Source: Candidatus Abawacabacteria bacterium RBG_16_42_10 (GTDB taxonomy: Bacteria > Patescibacteriota > Gracilibacteria > RBG-16-42-10). Taken from it: DNA of 40,298 nucleotides. Position 1 is the stretch's first letter, and each line of letters starts with the position of its first letter. The notes under the pieces are model-generated. The model had not been told where the DNA came from and did not search any database. It saw nothing but the letters and a program-made list of their open reading frames with translations. Shown here piece after piece: positions 24,742 to 32,852 of this stretch. The position numbers and the translations under genes were made by a program. The DNA is taken from the NCBI GenBank assembly GCA_001773455.1, contig MEWR01000011.1, positions 26,323-66,620 of the forward strand, in the 5' to 3' direction.

Positions 24742-25534
24742 ATTTTTCTTCCTTCTCGTCATCATCTTCGCTGCTGCCACCGCCTACATCTACTTCTTTC
24801 TTGAGGAAATACTCTTCATAAAATTCTTTTGCCTTACGGAGATTGTCCATGACTTTAGTTTTGTCTCCTGCTCCCATAGCTTCGAGGCTGAATTTGATAC
24901 AAATTGGTTTGTTGAAATTGTCTTTTCGTAGATGTGTCAGGAAACTTTCCAGTGGTATTTCTCCTTCATCCAAAGGCTGGTTGTACATGCCATTGTGGAA
25001 GTTTGAAATGTATACGAACTCTAAGCGCTTTCGAATGATTTTGTAGACACGAAGAAGAGGAAGTTTCTGTGAGGCCAAATGTGCAGTATCTAAACAAATA
25101 TAATCAAAGCGACGTAAATCTTCGATATTGCGGAGAGAGTATTGAGGCAAGAAAATACCGGTAGTTGCTGGTGGATTTTCAATACAAATCTTCACCTTGG
25201 TCTTTTTCTGAATTTTAGGAATTTCATTCTTGAACCATTGTGCGTAGCGAATATTCGTAAAAAGCGGAGGGCGAGCATTGAGCAAGGGGACGCCGACAGT
25301 TTCGGCTATTTCCAAGGCAGATTGGAAACGTTTTGGTGACGCATCTGAGGTCAAAGAGAGGCTGACAATGGGAATTTTGAAAAACTCCTGTAAACGAAGT
25401 AAATAATCAGGATCTCGAGTATCAAAAATATCATTCAAGATGATATCGACCCCTTCATAGCCAGCATCTTTTGTGAATTCAAATATTCGATTGAGTCCGT
25501 ATTTGTAGAGACAGCCGGAAGATAAACACAGCAT
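24740..25534 (-). CDS. Sugar phosphate isomerase/epimerase (xylose-isomerase-like TIM barrel) with acidic tail
   Basis: 264 aa. Pattern GYEGVDI....LDTAHL...ISNFH resembles the AP_endonuc_2 / TIM-barrel family. Recognised by eye. Confidence 0.6.
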   Translation of the reverse strand: MLCLSSGCLYKYGLNRIFEFTKDAGYEGVDIILNDIFDTRDPDYLLRLQEFFKIPIVSLSLTSDASPKRFQSALEIAETVGVPLLNARPPLFTNIRYAQWFKNEIPKIQKKTKVKICIENPPATTGIFLPQYSLRNIEDLRRFDYICLDTAHLASQKLPLLRVYKIIRKRLEFVYISNFHNGMYNQPLDEGEIPLESFLTHLRKDNFNKPICIKFSLEAMGAGDKTKVMDNLRKAKEFYEEYFLKKEVDVGGGSSEDDDEKEEK

Positions 25535-25632
25535 AAAATAGTGGCAGAAAAGTAATATACATGACTATATTAGCAATAAGTGAAATAAAGATAAAGCGGG
25601 TTATCTTCACCTTGTTTTAGTGCTATACTTAT

Positions 25633-25857
25633 ATGAATACCAAAAATAAAAATAAACATAAAATGCTTCGGGACAGGAATTATTATTTGCGAAAAACTTC
25701 TTTGTGGATGCTGATTATGATCATGATCATTTGGTTAGGCGTCTACCAGGTTGTGATCACGGGTGCTTTTTCCAGATCTTTCTGGGCAAGTATTATCGGT
25801 GTACAACATTCATCTCTCATGAAACATGAACCGATTGAGAAACTGACACTGAAGTAA
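25633..25857 (+). CDS. Hypothetical small membrane protein (start uncertain, possibly ATG 25663)
   Basis: 74-aa ORF with one TM segment (LWMLIMIMIIWLGVYQVVITGAF). An extended -10, TGcTATACT, lies at 25621-25629. Confidence 0.3.
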   Translation: MNTKNKNKHKMLRDRNYYLRKTSLWMLIMIMIIWLGVYQVVITGAFSRSFWASIIGVQHSSLMKHEPIEKLTLK

Positions 25858-25859
25858 CT

Positions 25860-25961
25860 GGTTCTAAATTCAAAGTTCTAAATTCTAAGTTAGAAAACCA
25901 ACAACTTTGAACTTAGAACACTTCGATGCACTCAGTGCAAGCCTAGAACTTAGAACTTGAG
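25860..25961. repeat. Heptad array, dialect II, in both orientations around a TTCTAAGTTAGAA centre, interrupted by a GC island
   Basis: gttctaaattcaaagttctaaattctaag / ttagaa...ctttgaacttagaac [GC island 25919-25943] tagaacttagaacttgag. Confidence 0.6.
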
Positions 25962-25998
25962 TATGTTATCTTTCGCGGGAATTTAACTCAATGTTTTT

Positions 25999-28044
25999 AT
26001 GCAATACGCTGTTTGGTATGCCCTGATTGCCAGTGTTATCGCTTTGATTGCTGCTGGTATTTATGTCTATCTCATCATGAAAGTGAAGGTAACTGATGAG
26101 AAAATGAATGCTATTTCTCTAGCCATCCGTGAGGGTGCCCAGGCGTATTTATGGAGACAGACAAAAACAATTGCGGTTTTTACTGTGATTGTCTTTCTTC
26201 TTCTAGGGTTCACTTTACAGTGGTTATTGGCTGTTGGTTTCTTGGTTGGGGCAGTGCTTTCTTTGGCTGCCGGATATATTGGCATGACAGTATGTAGCCG
26301 TACCAATGTGCGAACCGCATTTCTCGCTAGAGAGGGTATGAATCCCGCACTGACTATCGCATTTCGTGGTGGTTTGGTGACTGGACTCGGGATTGTGGGA
26401 CTCGCTTTGTTTGGCGTAAGTGGTTTCTATTTGGCTCTGCAATTTATGGGTGTTGCGATGAAAAATATCCCAACGATATTGATTGGTCTGGGTTTTGGAG
26501 CTTCGCTTATCAGTCTTTTTGCTCGTGTCGGTGGCGGCATATTTACCAAAGCTGCTGATGTGGGAGCGGACCTCGTGGGTAAAGTAGAACAAGGTCTTCC
26601 AGAAGATGATGAAAGAAATCCTGCTGTTATTGCTGACAATGTCGGCGACAATGTAGGGGATGTGATGGGCATGGGTGCTGACCTTTTTGAGACATATGCC
26701 GTTACTCTTATTGCAGCGATTGTTCTTGCTGCAGCTATTTTTAAAGGCAATTTAGCTCAGGTCGGCATCGAATATCCTTTGGTTTTGGGCGCTGTAGCTA
26801 TCGTAGCTTCGATTCTCGGTAGTTTCTTTGTCCGTTTAAGTGCAGGCAGTAAAAATATTATGGGAGCTTTATACAAGGGACTTATAGCTACTAGTGTTTT
26901 TTCAATCATTGCTTTCTACTTTGTTACTCAGGCCATGATCGGTGATATGAAAATTTTCTATGCAACTTTAGTAGGTATTGCTCTGACCATCTTGATGAAT
27001 GTGATTACCGAATATTATACCTCAACCAAATATAAACCCGTACAAGATATTGCTGCTGCATCTGAAACCGGTGCAGGTACTAATGTCATCATCGGTATCG
27101 CTTATGGACTGCGCAGTACATTTTTGCCGATTATGGCAATTGTTGGTGCTATTATTTTGGCCTTCTGGCTTGGTGAACATTCCAGTTTACATAGCGGTGT
27201 ATTTGGAATTGCCGTTGCTGCAGTCGCTATGCTTTCTACAACAGGCATGGTCATTGCTATGGATGCATATGGGCCGATTACTGACAATGCCGGTGGCATT
27301 GCTGAAATGTCTGCTCAATCTGAAAGTGTCCGTGAAATTACTGATGCCCTTGATGCGGTGGGTAATACAACAAAGGCAGTTACCAAAGGCTATGCTATCG
27401 GTTCTGCTGCACTTGCTGCTTTAGTTCTTTTTCAGGCTTACAGTGAAGAATTTACGAAACTGGGACACAAATTAATGCTAAAAATCGACGATCCTCTGGT
27501 TCTTGTTGGTTTATTCATCGGAGCATTACTCCCTGCATTATTTTCATCTTATTGTATGCAGGCCGTCGGTCGTGCTGCACACAAAGTGGTTGAAGAAGTA
27601 CGTCGTCAATTTAGAGAAATACCAGGAATCATGGAGAGAAAGACCAAACCTGAATATGGCACGTGTGTAGATATTGTCACGAAGGCGGCACTATATGAAA
27701 TGATTGCGCCAGGACTTCTTGCAGTACTTGCTCCTTTAGCTGTTGGGTTTATCTTGGGAGCAGAAGCCCTTGCAGGTTTACTTGCTGGTGTGATCGTTTC
27801 TGGCTTGGTTATCGCTATATCAATGTGTACCGGCGGTGGAGCTTGGGACAATGCGAAAAAATACATTGAACAAGGCAATTTCGGTGGCAAAGGATCAAAT
27901 GCTCACAAAGCTGCTATTGTCGGCGACACTGTAGGTGATCCATACAAGGATACTGCCGGTCCGGCTATTAATGCGCTCATCAAGGTGATCAATACGATTT
28001 CGCTCATTATTGCGCCACTGATTGCCGCGCTGTTGATGAAATAA
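25999..28044 (+). CDS. hppA: Membrane-bound proton-translocating pyrophosphatase (K+-independent type by motif)
   Basis: [46 protein letters not shown] and [14 protein letters not shown]. 681 aa with about 16 TM segments. Confidence 0.95.
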   Translation: MQYAVWYALIASVIALIAAGIYVYLIMKVKVTDEKMNAISLAIREGAQAYLWRQTKTIAVFTVIVFLLLGFTLQWLLAVGFLVGAVLSLAAGYIGMTVCSRTNVRTAFLAREGMNPALTIAFRGGLVTGLGIVGLALFGVSGFYLALQFMGVAMKNIPTILIGLGFGASLISLFARVGGGIFTKAADVGADLVGKVEQGLPEDDERNPAVIADNVGDNVGDVMGMGADLFETYAVTLIAAIVLAAAIFKGNLAQVGIEYPLVLGAVAIVASILGSFFVRLSAGSKNIMGALYKGLIATSVFSIIAFYFVTQAMIGDMKIFYATLVGIALTILMNVITEYYTSTKYKPVQDIAAASETGAGTNVIIGIAYGLRSTFLPIMAIVGAIILAFWLGEHSSLHSGVFGIAVAAVAMLSTTGMVIAMDAYGPITDNAGGIAEMSAQSESVREITDALDAVGNTTKAVTKGYAIGSAALAALVLFQAYSEEFTKLGHKLMLKIDDPLVLVGLFIGALLPALFSSYCMQAVGRAAHKVVEEVRRQFREIPGIMERKTKPEYGTCVDIVTKAALYEMIAPGLLAVLAPLAVGFILGAEALAGLLAGVIVSGLVIAISMCTGGGAWDNAKKYIEQGNFGGKGSNAHKAAIVGDTVGDPYKDTAGPAINALIKVINTISLIIAPLIAALLMK

Positions 28045-28055
28045 ATCTCCGTAAA

Positions 28056-28073
28056 GGCGCAAGATCTTGCACC
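28056..28073 (+). terminator. Near-perfect 18-nt palindrome after hppA (possible terminator; no T-run)
   Basis: ggcgcaagatcttgcacc, with a perfect GCAAGATCTTGC core. Confidence 0.35.
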
Positions 28074-28152
28074 TCAACTGTATTGTGTAGCGGGAATATC
28101 AATAGTCTCGCTCATCACTCTATGGTAAAATAAAGAGTAGTCTAAAACAAAA

Positions 28153-29118
28153 ATGATCAGAAAATGGCGCACATGGATATGGAGTTTCCTCTTATTGATT
28201 TGGACGACGGTAATTGCCGTGTCTTTGATAGTTTTGTTTACTGCGTATTATGGTTTGCTTCTGGCCTTTGTTCTTCTTCTATTGGCAGAAACCATTGTTT
28301 TCACTGTGCTGTGGTTCAAGAGTGAGAAAGCATCTCTGCCGAAAGAAAATACATCAGGTGAAAGAGAAGCTCCATTGGACGCAATTCGTATCAATACAAG
28401 CTTGGCAATTGCGGAAAAAATTCAAAGGCAGTTACTCCCTCGAAATCTTCCTGAAATACCCGGTCTGGATGTGTATGTGAAATCTCGTCCTTCAGATGAA
28501 ATCGGTGGAGATTTTTATCAGATATTGTCTTTGCCCAATGCTACACTTTTTGCGATCGGTGATGTGGCCGGTCATGGTCTGCCATCAGGCATGGTGAGCA
28601 TTATGCTCGACACACTCCTTCATGCGTTCGGACCGGATTTGCGACCGAAAGATGTGCTCACAGAAATGAATAGAATACTCTATCGACGTATAGATCCCAG
28701 CCTGTTTTCCACACTGCTTTTATTATATTGGGATCATGAAAATCAACGTTTGATGTTCTCGTCTGCCGGGCATGGTTATTTACTGCATTACGACAATGGC
28801 AAAAATATGTTGAATGCGCGTAAAAGTGGGGGAATTGCTCTGGGCATGATCCCGGATATTTCTGCTCATGTTCGAGAAGAAGAAATGAGTTTTTTACCGG
28901 GAGATGCATTGGTTGTATGCACAGATGGTATTATTGAGATGCGTAATTCTCATGGGGAGTCACTAGGAGCAGAGAAGTTTCACCATATCGTCACTCAACA
29001 TGCACCACTTGATTCAGCTCAAAAAGTTTTTGATAACGTATCTCAAGATATCCTTAGCTTTGCTGGTACAGCCAAACAAATTGATGATTTAACGCTCATG
29101 GTACTCAAACGAATATAG
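28153..29118 (+). CDS. Membrane-anchored PP2C/SpoIIE-family serine phosphatase (RsbU-like)
   Basis: Two N-terminal TM segments. SpoIIE motifs IGGDFYQI, IGDVAGHGLPSG and VVCTDGIIE. Confidence 0.85.
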   Translation: MIRKWRTWIWSFLLLIWTTVIAVSLIVLFTAYYGLLLAFVLLLLAETIVFTVLWFKSEKASLPKENTSGEREAPLDAIRINTSLAIAEKIQRQLLPRNLPEIPGLDVYVKSRPSDEIGGDFYQILSLPNATLFAIGDVAGHGLPSGMVSIMLDTLLHAFGPDLRPKDVLTEMNRILYRRIDPSLFSTLLLLYWDHENQRLMFSSAGHGYLLHYDNGKNMLNARKSGGIALGMIPDISAHVREEEMSFLPGDALVVCTDGIIEMRNSHGESLGAEKFHHIVTQHAPLDSAQKVFDNVSQDILSFAGTAKQIDDLTLMVLKRI

Positions 29119-29120
29119 CT

Positions 29121-29573
29121 ATGATACGAACTATCTCCCATACCTGGAATATCAAACCAGCTGATTATCATGCTTCTGACATACGCAAGGATATTGATGC
29201 TTTTCTCTCGAATCAGGGATTTGATAAAAAATGGCGTCATCGACTATTGGTGATTGCTTGTGAATTGATCGCCAATGCATGTATGCACGCATTCAAGGCT
29301 CGTCATGTGATTTTTGCCATTAAATGCATACACTACTCGTATAAGAGTTCGGTGCATATGAATATTGAAGATGATAGCAAGATCCTGCTCAAAGAGAGAT
29401 ATGATAATTTGGCTCATGCAGTGCAAGCTCGACGTCTGAGAAGGCCTTATCAAGGCATACACGGAAGAGGCTTACATATCATTGTTCTCTGGACAGATCG
29501 TGTACAATTTAGTAAAAAGCGGACAGGAGGATTAAAAGTGAGCACGATAAAGGACATCCTTACAAAGAAATAG
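29121..29573 (+). CDS. RsbW/SpoIIAB-like anti-sigma-type serine kinase (HATPase_c_2), G1 box degenerate
   Basis: N box ACELIANACMHAF and G2-like GIHGRGLHII. The G1 position reads NIEDDSKIL instead of DxGxG. Confidence 0.65.
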   Translation: MIRTISHTWNIKPADYHASDIRKDIDAFLSNQGFDKKWRHRLLVIACELIANACMHAFKARHVIFAIKCIHYSYKSSVHMNIEDDSKILLKERYDNLAHAVQARRLRRPYQGIHGRGLHIIVLWTDRVQFSKKRTGGLKVSTIKDILTKK

Positions 29574-29575
29574 TT

Positions 29576-29941
29576 ATGACAAAATTTGCTTTCGACATAA
29601 GTGATGCACAGTTTGGAAAGACCCCCGCGAAGCATATAGTCATGCGTGGTGAATTGGACGAAAGCAATGTCGATCATCATGCAGAAACCATGTATGAGGC
29701 AATTCGCTTGGTCAAACCCGGAACCTATTTTATCTTTGAAGGTAGTGGACTCAGCTATATTAATAGCAAAGCTATAGGTTATCTCACTGATTGGTACAAT
29801 AAACTCAATGAAAAAGGTGGGAAAATCATTATCGTCGGCCTAAAACCGACCATATTCGACATTCTCGATGTCGTCGGCATTACACAGATCATTCCCGTCT
29901 ATAAGAATCTTGAAGAAGCAGAGAAAGAACTATTGAAGTAG
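29576..29941 (+). CDS. STAS-domain anti-sigma-factor antagonist (RsbV/SpoIIAA-like)
   Basis: 121 aa. GELDESNVD....GSGLSYINSKAIGYL, with Ser in the phosphorylation position. Begins 2 nt after the kinase-like gene. Confidence 0.8.
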   Translation: MTKFAFDISDAQFGKTPAKHIVMRGELDESNVDHHAETMYEAIRLVKPGTYFIFEGSGLSYINSKAIGYLTDWYNKLNEKGGKIIIVGLKPTIFDILDVVGITQIIPVYKNLEEAEKELLK

Positions 29942-30011
29942 TGCAGAGTTCAGAGTGCTGAGTTGTGAGTTAAAAACTCTGAATTCTGAACTTATAACTC
30001 TGAACTTGAGT
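29941..30011. repeat. Heptad array, dialect III, as an imperfect inverted repeat between convergent genes (probable bidirectional terminator)
   Basis: gtgcagagttcagagtgctgagttgtgagtt / aactctgaattctgaacttataactctgaac. About 21 of 31 positions are complementary. Confidence 0.55.
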
Positions 30012-30698
30012 TTATTCTTTTATCTCCATCCGTATTCCTGGGCCCATGGTGCTTGTTAGAGTTGTGCTTAGGATATAATTACCTTTGATTCCGGTAGGAC
30101 GAGCGCCTCTTACCGCATTGATGATGACAGCGACATTTTCAGCGATTTTTTCTTTGCCAAAAGAGAGTTTGCCGCCGATTGCATGAAGATTGCCTTGAGG
30201 ATCGTTGCGAAACTCAATACGACCTTTTTTGATTTCGCCTATTGTGCCGGCAATGTCTGTCGTTACCGTGCCTGACTTGGGATTTGGCATGAGACCTTTG
30301 GTACCGAGGATTTTACCCAGTTTGGCAATTTTGGGCATCATTTCTGGTGTAGCTACAGCCACATCGAAACCTGTCCAATTTTCTTTCACTACTTTTTCCA
30401 TAAGATCTGTGTTTCCAGCGAAGTCAGCTCCAGCTTTCTTGGCTGCAGCTACTTGGTCATCATTGACGAAAGCTGCGATAATTTTGCTCTTACCGCTACC
30501 GTGCGGAAGAGATACTGTGCTTCGGATCTGTTGATCGGGATACTTAGGGTCGATATTGAGATGAAAATGTACTTCTACCGTACTGTCAAACTTGGTGGTA
30601 CCTGTGTCAACGAGAAGGCCACAAGCTTCCTCGAGAGGATACTTTTTTTGACGGTCGAACTTGGCACTAGCGGCTTTATACTTTTTGGAACGTTTCAT
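30012..30698 (-). CDS. rplA: 50S ribosomal protein L1
   Basis: MKRSKKYKAA....FDSTVEVHFHLNIDPK....IRSTVSLPHGSGK is a canonical L1 sequence. Confidence 0.95.
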   Translation of the reverse strand: MKRSKKYKAASAKFDRQKKYPLEEACGLLVDTGTTKFDSTVEVHFHLNIDPKYPDQQIRSTVSLPHGSGKSKIIAAFVNDDQVAAAKKAGADFAGNTDLMEKVVKENWTGFDVAVATPEMMPKIAKLGKILGTKGLMPNPKSGTVTTDIAGTIGEIKKGRIEFRNDPQGNLHAIGGKLSFGKEKIAENVAVIINAVRGARPTGIKGNYILSTTLTSTMGPGIRMEIKE

Positions 30699-30709
30699 AA
30701 AATAGGGGA

Positions 30710-31135
30710 TTAATCTTCCACCGTTATTCCCATACTACGTGCAGTGCCAGCGATCATTCGAATAGCCTGATCGACGGAGGTGGTGTTGAAGTCAACCATT
30801 TTGACTTCAGCGATTTTACGTAATTGGGCTTTGGTGATTTTGCCGACTTTCGTCTTATTAGGCTCACCAGAACCTTTGGGGAGATTGATTTCTTTGAGAA
30901 TCAGGTCAGACGCGGGAGGAGTTTTGAGTATGAAATCAAAGCTACGATCTTGATAAATGGTGATAATTGCAGGAATGAGCACATCACCCATTTCTTTGGT
31001 CTTGTCATTAAACTGCTTACAAAACTCTTGAATATTGATGCCATGAGGACCAAGAGCCGTACCGATAGGAGGTGCGGGATTGGCTTTTCCAGCCTTTGCT
31101 TGCAGCTTAACTTTTACTAATACTTTCTTTGCCAT
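30710..31135 (-). CDS. rplK: 50S ribosomal protein L11
   Basis: [43 protein letters not shown] is a canonical L11 sequence. Confidence 0.95.
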   Translation of the reverse strand: MAKKVLVKVKLQAKAGKANPAPPIGTALGPHGINIQEFCKQFNDKTKEMGDVLIPAIITIYQDRSFDFILKTPPASDLILKEINLPKGSGEPNKTKVGKITKAQLRKIAEVKMVDFNTTSVDQAIRMIAGTARSMGITVED

Positions 31136-31177
31136 AACTGAAATTTAAAATGTAAAATTTAAAATGTAAAATTGAAA
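31136..31177 (-). promoter_or_regulatory. Heptad array, dialect I, abutting the rplK start: TTTACA-17-TAAATT-6-ATG
   Basis: Coding strand: TTTACA (31170-31165), 17 nt, TAAATT (31147-31142), 6 nt, ATG (31135). The 29-nt stretch 31140-31168 is identical to 39544-39572. Confidence 0.5.
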
Positions 31178-31720
31178 TTAAACTTTTTTAATCTGGGTGA
31201 ATTCCAATTCTACCGGAGTTTCACGGTTGAAGATAGAGACAAGTACTTTGATCTTTCCTTTGTTTTCATCGATTTCACTGATGGTACCTTGATAACCGGC
31301 AAATGGGCCTTCAGTAATAGCAACGATTTCACCCAAAGTAAAGTCTGCTTTGAATTTGGGCTCTTTGACACCCATGCGCTTACGTATGCGCTTGATCTCA
31401 TCGTCAGTGACAGGGACCGGTATGGTGCCGGAACCGATAAATCCGGTCACATTGGGGGTGTTTCGCACGACATACCATGATTCATCGGTCACAATCATAT
31501 TTACGATGACATATCCGGGGAACATGCGCTTTTCAACCAATTTTTGTTCGCCTTTTTTGACTTCAATTTGGGTTTCTTTCGGAACAATGACATCAAATAT
31601 AAAATCCTGCATATTCATCGTCTCTGTGCGTTGGCGGAGGGCCTCAGCTACAGCGTCTTCATATCCGGAATATGTGTGAAGGACATACCATTTGCGTCCT
31701 TGGCTCGTTTGTTTAGACAT
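31178..31720 (-). CDS. nusG: Transcription antitermination factor NusG
   Basis: KWYVLHTYSGYEDAV (NGN domain) and C-terminal KOW GEIVAITEGPFAGYQGTISEID. Confidence 0.95.
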   Translation of the reverse strand: MSKQTSQGRKWYVLHTYSGYEDAVAEALRQRTETMNMQDFIFDVIVPKETQIEVKKGEQKLVEKRMFPGYVIVNMIVTDESWYVVRNTPNVTGFIGSGTIPVPVTDDEIKRIRKRMGVKEPKFKADFTLGEIVAITEGPFAGYQGTISEIDENKGKIKVLVSIFNRETPVELEFTQIKKV

Positions 31721-31729
31721 ACTGCTTAT

Positions 31730-31930
31730 TTAAACTCCTCCAGCTAAAAAAGTGGAGAGGGACTGGTAACCATAACGGAAAAATGCATCCAAAAGTGTAA
31801 TGACAACTGTCGTTGCCAATGTTATTCCCAACACTATGAGAGTGCTGTCGACAGCCTGTTTTCGTGTGGGCCAAGCGACTTTTCGTAACTCCTCGATAGA
31901 ATTTTTGACGTAATTCGTTAGGCGGCTCAT
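31730..31930 (-). CDS. secE: Preprotein translocase subunit SecE
   Basis: 66 aa. ELRKVAWPTRKQ followed by one TM segment. Conserved position upstream of nusG. Confidence 0.8.
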   Translation of the reverse strand: MSRLTNYVKNSIEELRKVAWPTRKQAVDSTLIVLGITLATTVVITLLDAFFRYGYQSLSTFLAGGV

Positions 31931-32052
31931 AAAGATTTTTAAAAAGCCCTTCCGGGCTCTTAAGCGTCCGTATATTAAATGGTTATAGATAATTACGCAA
32001 GGTCTTTTTTCTTATCTTGCAACTCTGACCCCATTTGTGTTTATTTCTATTG

Positions 32053-32080
32053 TTGTCATACGAATGTAAGTGCGTATAAT
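32053..32080 (+). promoter_or_regulatory. Candidate sigma70-type promoter for the FNR-like gene
   Basis: TTGTCA (32053-32058), 16 nt, TATAAT (32075-32080). The predicted ~65-nt leader contains the dialect II heptad array. Confidence 0.5.
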
Positions 32081-32106
32081 CGATTCAGAATTTTATGTGA
32101 GATTAT

Positions 32107-32147
32107 TGAATTCAACTTTTAACTTAGAACTTAGAATTTAGAACTTT
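32107..32147. repeat. Heptad array, dialect II, abutting ATG 32151
   Basis: tgaattcaacttttaacttagaacttagaatttagaacttt. The 26-nt stretch 32121-32146 is identical to 33417-33442. Confidence 0.65.
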
Positions 32148-32150
32148 CTT

Positions 32151-32852
32151 ATGCCCGCTTTTGATATTCGTGCCAAAGTCGTCTCCAATGTCCGCGTTAC
32201 TGACAATGTATGTGTTCTTACTTTTGCTATGATCGAGCCGCAAGAATTGCAATTTAAAGCTGGTCAGTATCTTTTTGTTCACGCTTCTGAGCGAGTACTT
32301 CGTCCTTTTTCTATTTCCTCATCGCCTGATAACATCACAACTTTTGAATTCTGTATTGAAGTCATCCCCGACGGAGTTGCTTCCAATTACCTATGGAATT
32401 TGAAAGAACATGATGAAGTCCTGCTCAAGGGAGTCTTTGGCAGTTTTGTCTATCATAAAGATCCGGATATTGAAGAAATCTTCATGATTGCTACCGGTAC
32501 CGGGATCGCCCCGATAAAGTCCATGTTGTTGTATGAATTGAATCACGGTGAAAAGCGCCCCACACATCTGCTTTTTGGTGAAAGCATGGCAAAAGATTTT
32601 TATTATCTCGATATTTTTGCGGAATTAATAAAGAAATATCCCAATTTGACGTGTGATCTATGCGCTTCCCGCGACCAAAAAGAAGGCTATATAAACGGTC
32701 GTGTTCAGACCGCTCTTGAGAAATATTTTCCCATCGGCAAAAAATCCAGTTTTTATATTTGCGGAGGCAGACAAATGATTATGGATGTTTCTGATTTGAT
32801 TATCAAAAATGGTGGTGACGCGAAACACATTTATCACGAAAAATTCTTTTAG
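32151..32852 (+). CDS. FAD/NAD(P)-binding oxidoreductase, ferredoxin-NADP reductase family
   Basis: FAD motif RPFSISS (RxYS type), NAD(P) motif IATGTGIAP, C-terminal FYICGG..M. Confidence 0.75.
   Translation: MPAFDIRAKVVSNVRVTDNVCVLTFAMIEPQELQFKAGQYLFVHASERVLRPFSISSSPDNITTFEFCIEVIPDGVASNYLWNLKEHDEVLLKGVFGSFVYHKDPDIEEIFMIATGTGIAPIKSMLLYELNHGEKRPTHLLFGESMAKDFYYLDIFAELIKKYPNLTCDLCASRDQKEGYINGRVQTALEKYFPIGKKSSFYICGGRQMIMDVSDLIIKNGGDAKHIYHEKFF

Noticed and set aside
26067-27890. Minus-strand ORFs of 65-122 aa and a +2-frame ORF (27050..27424) inside hppA.
   Set aside because: They are shadow ORFs of a strongly supported 681-aa H+-PPase gene with biased composition.
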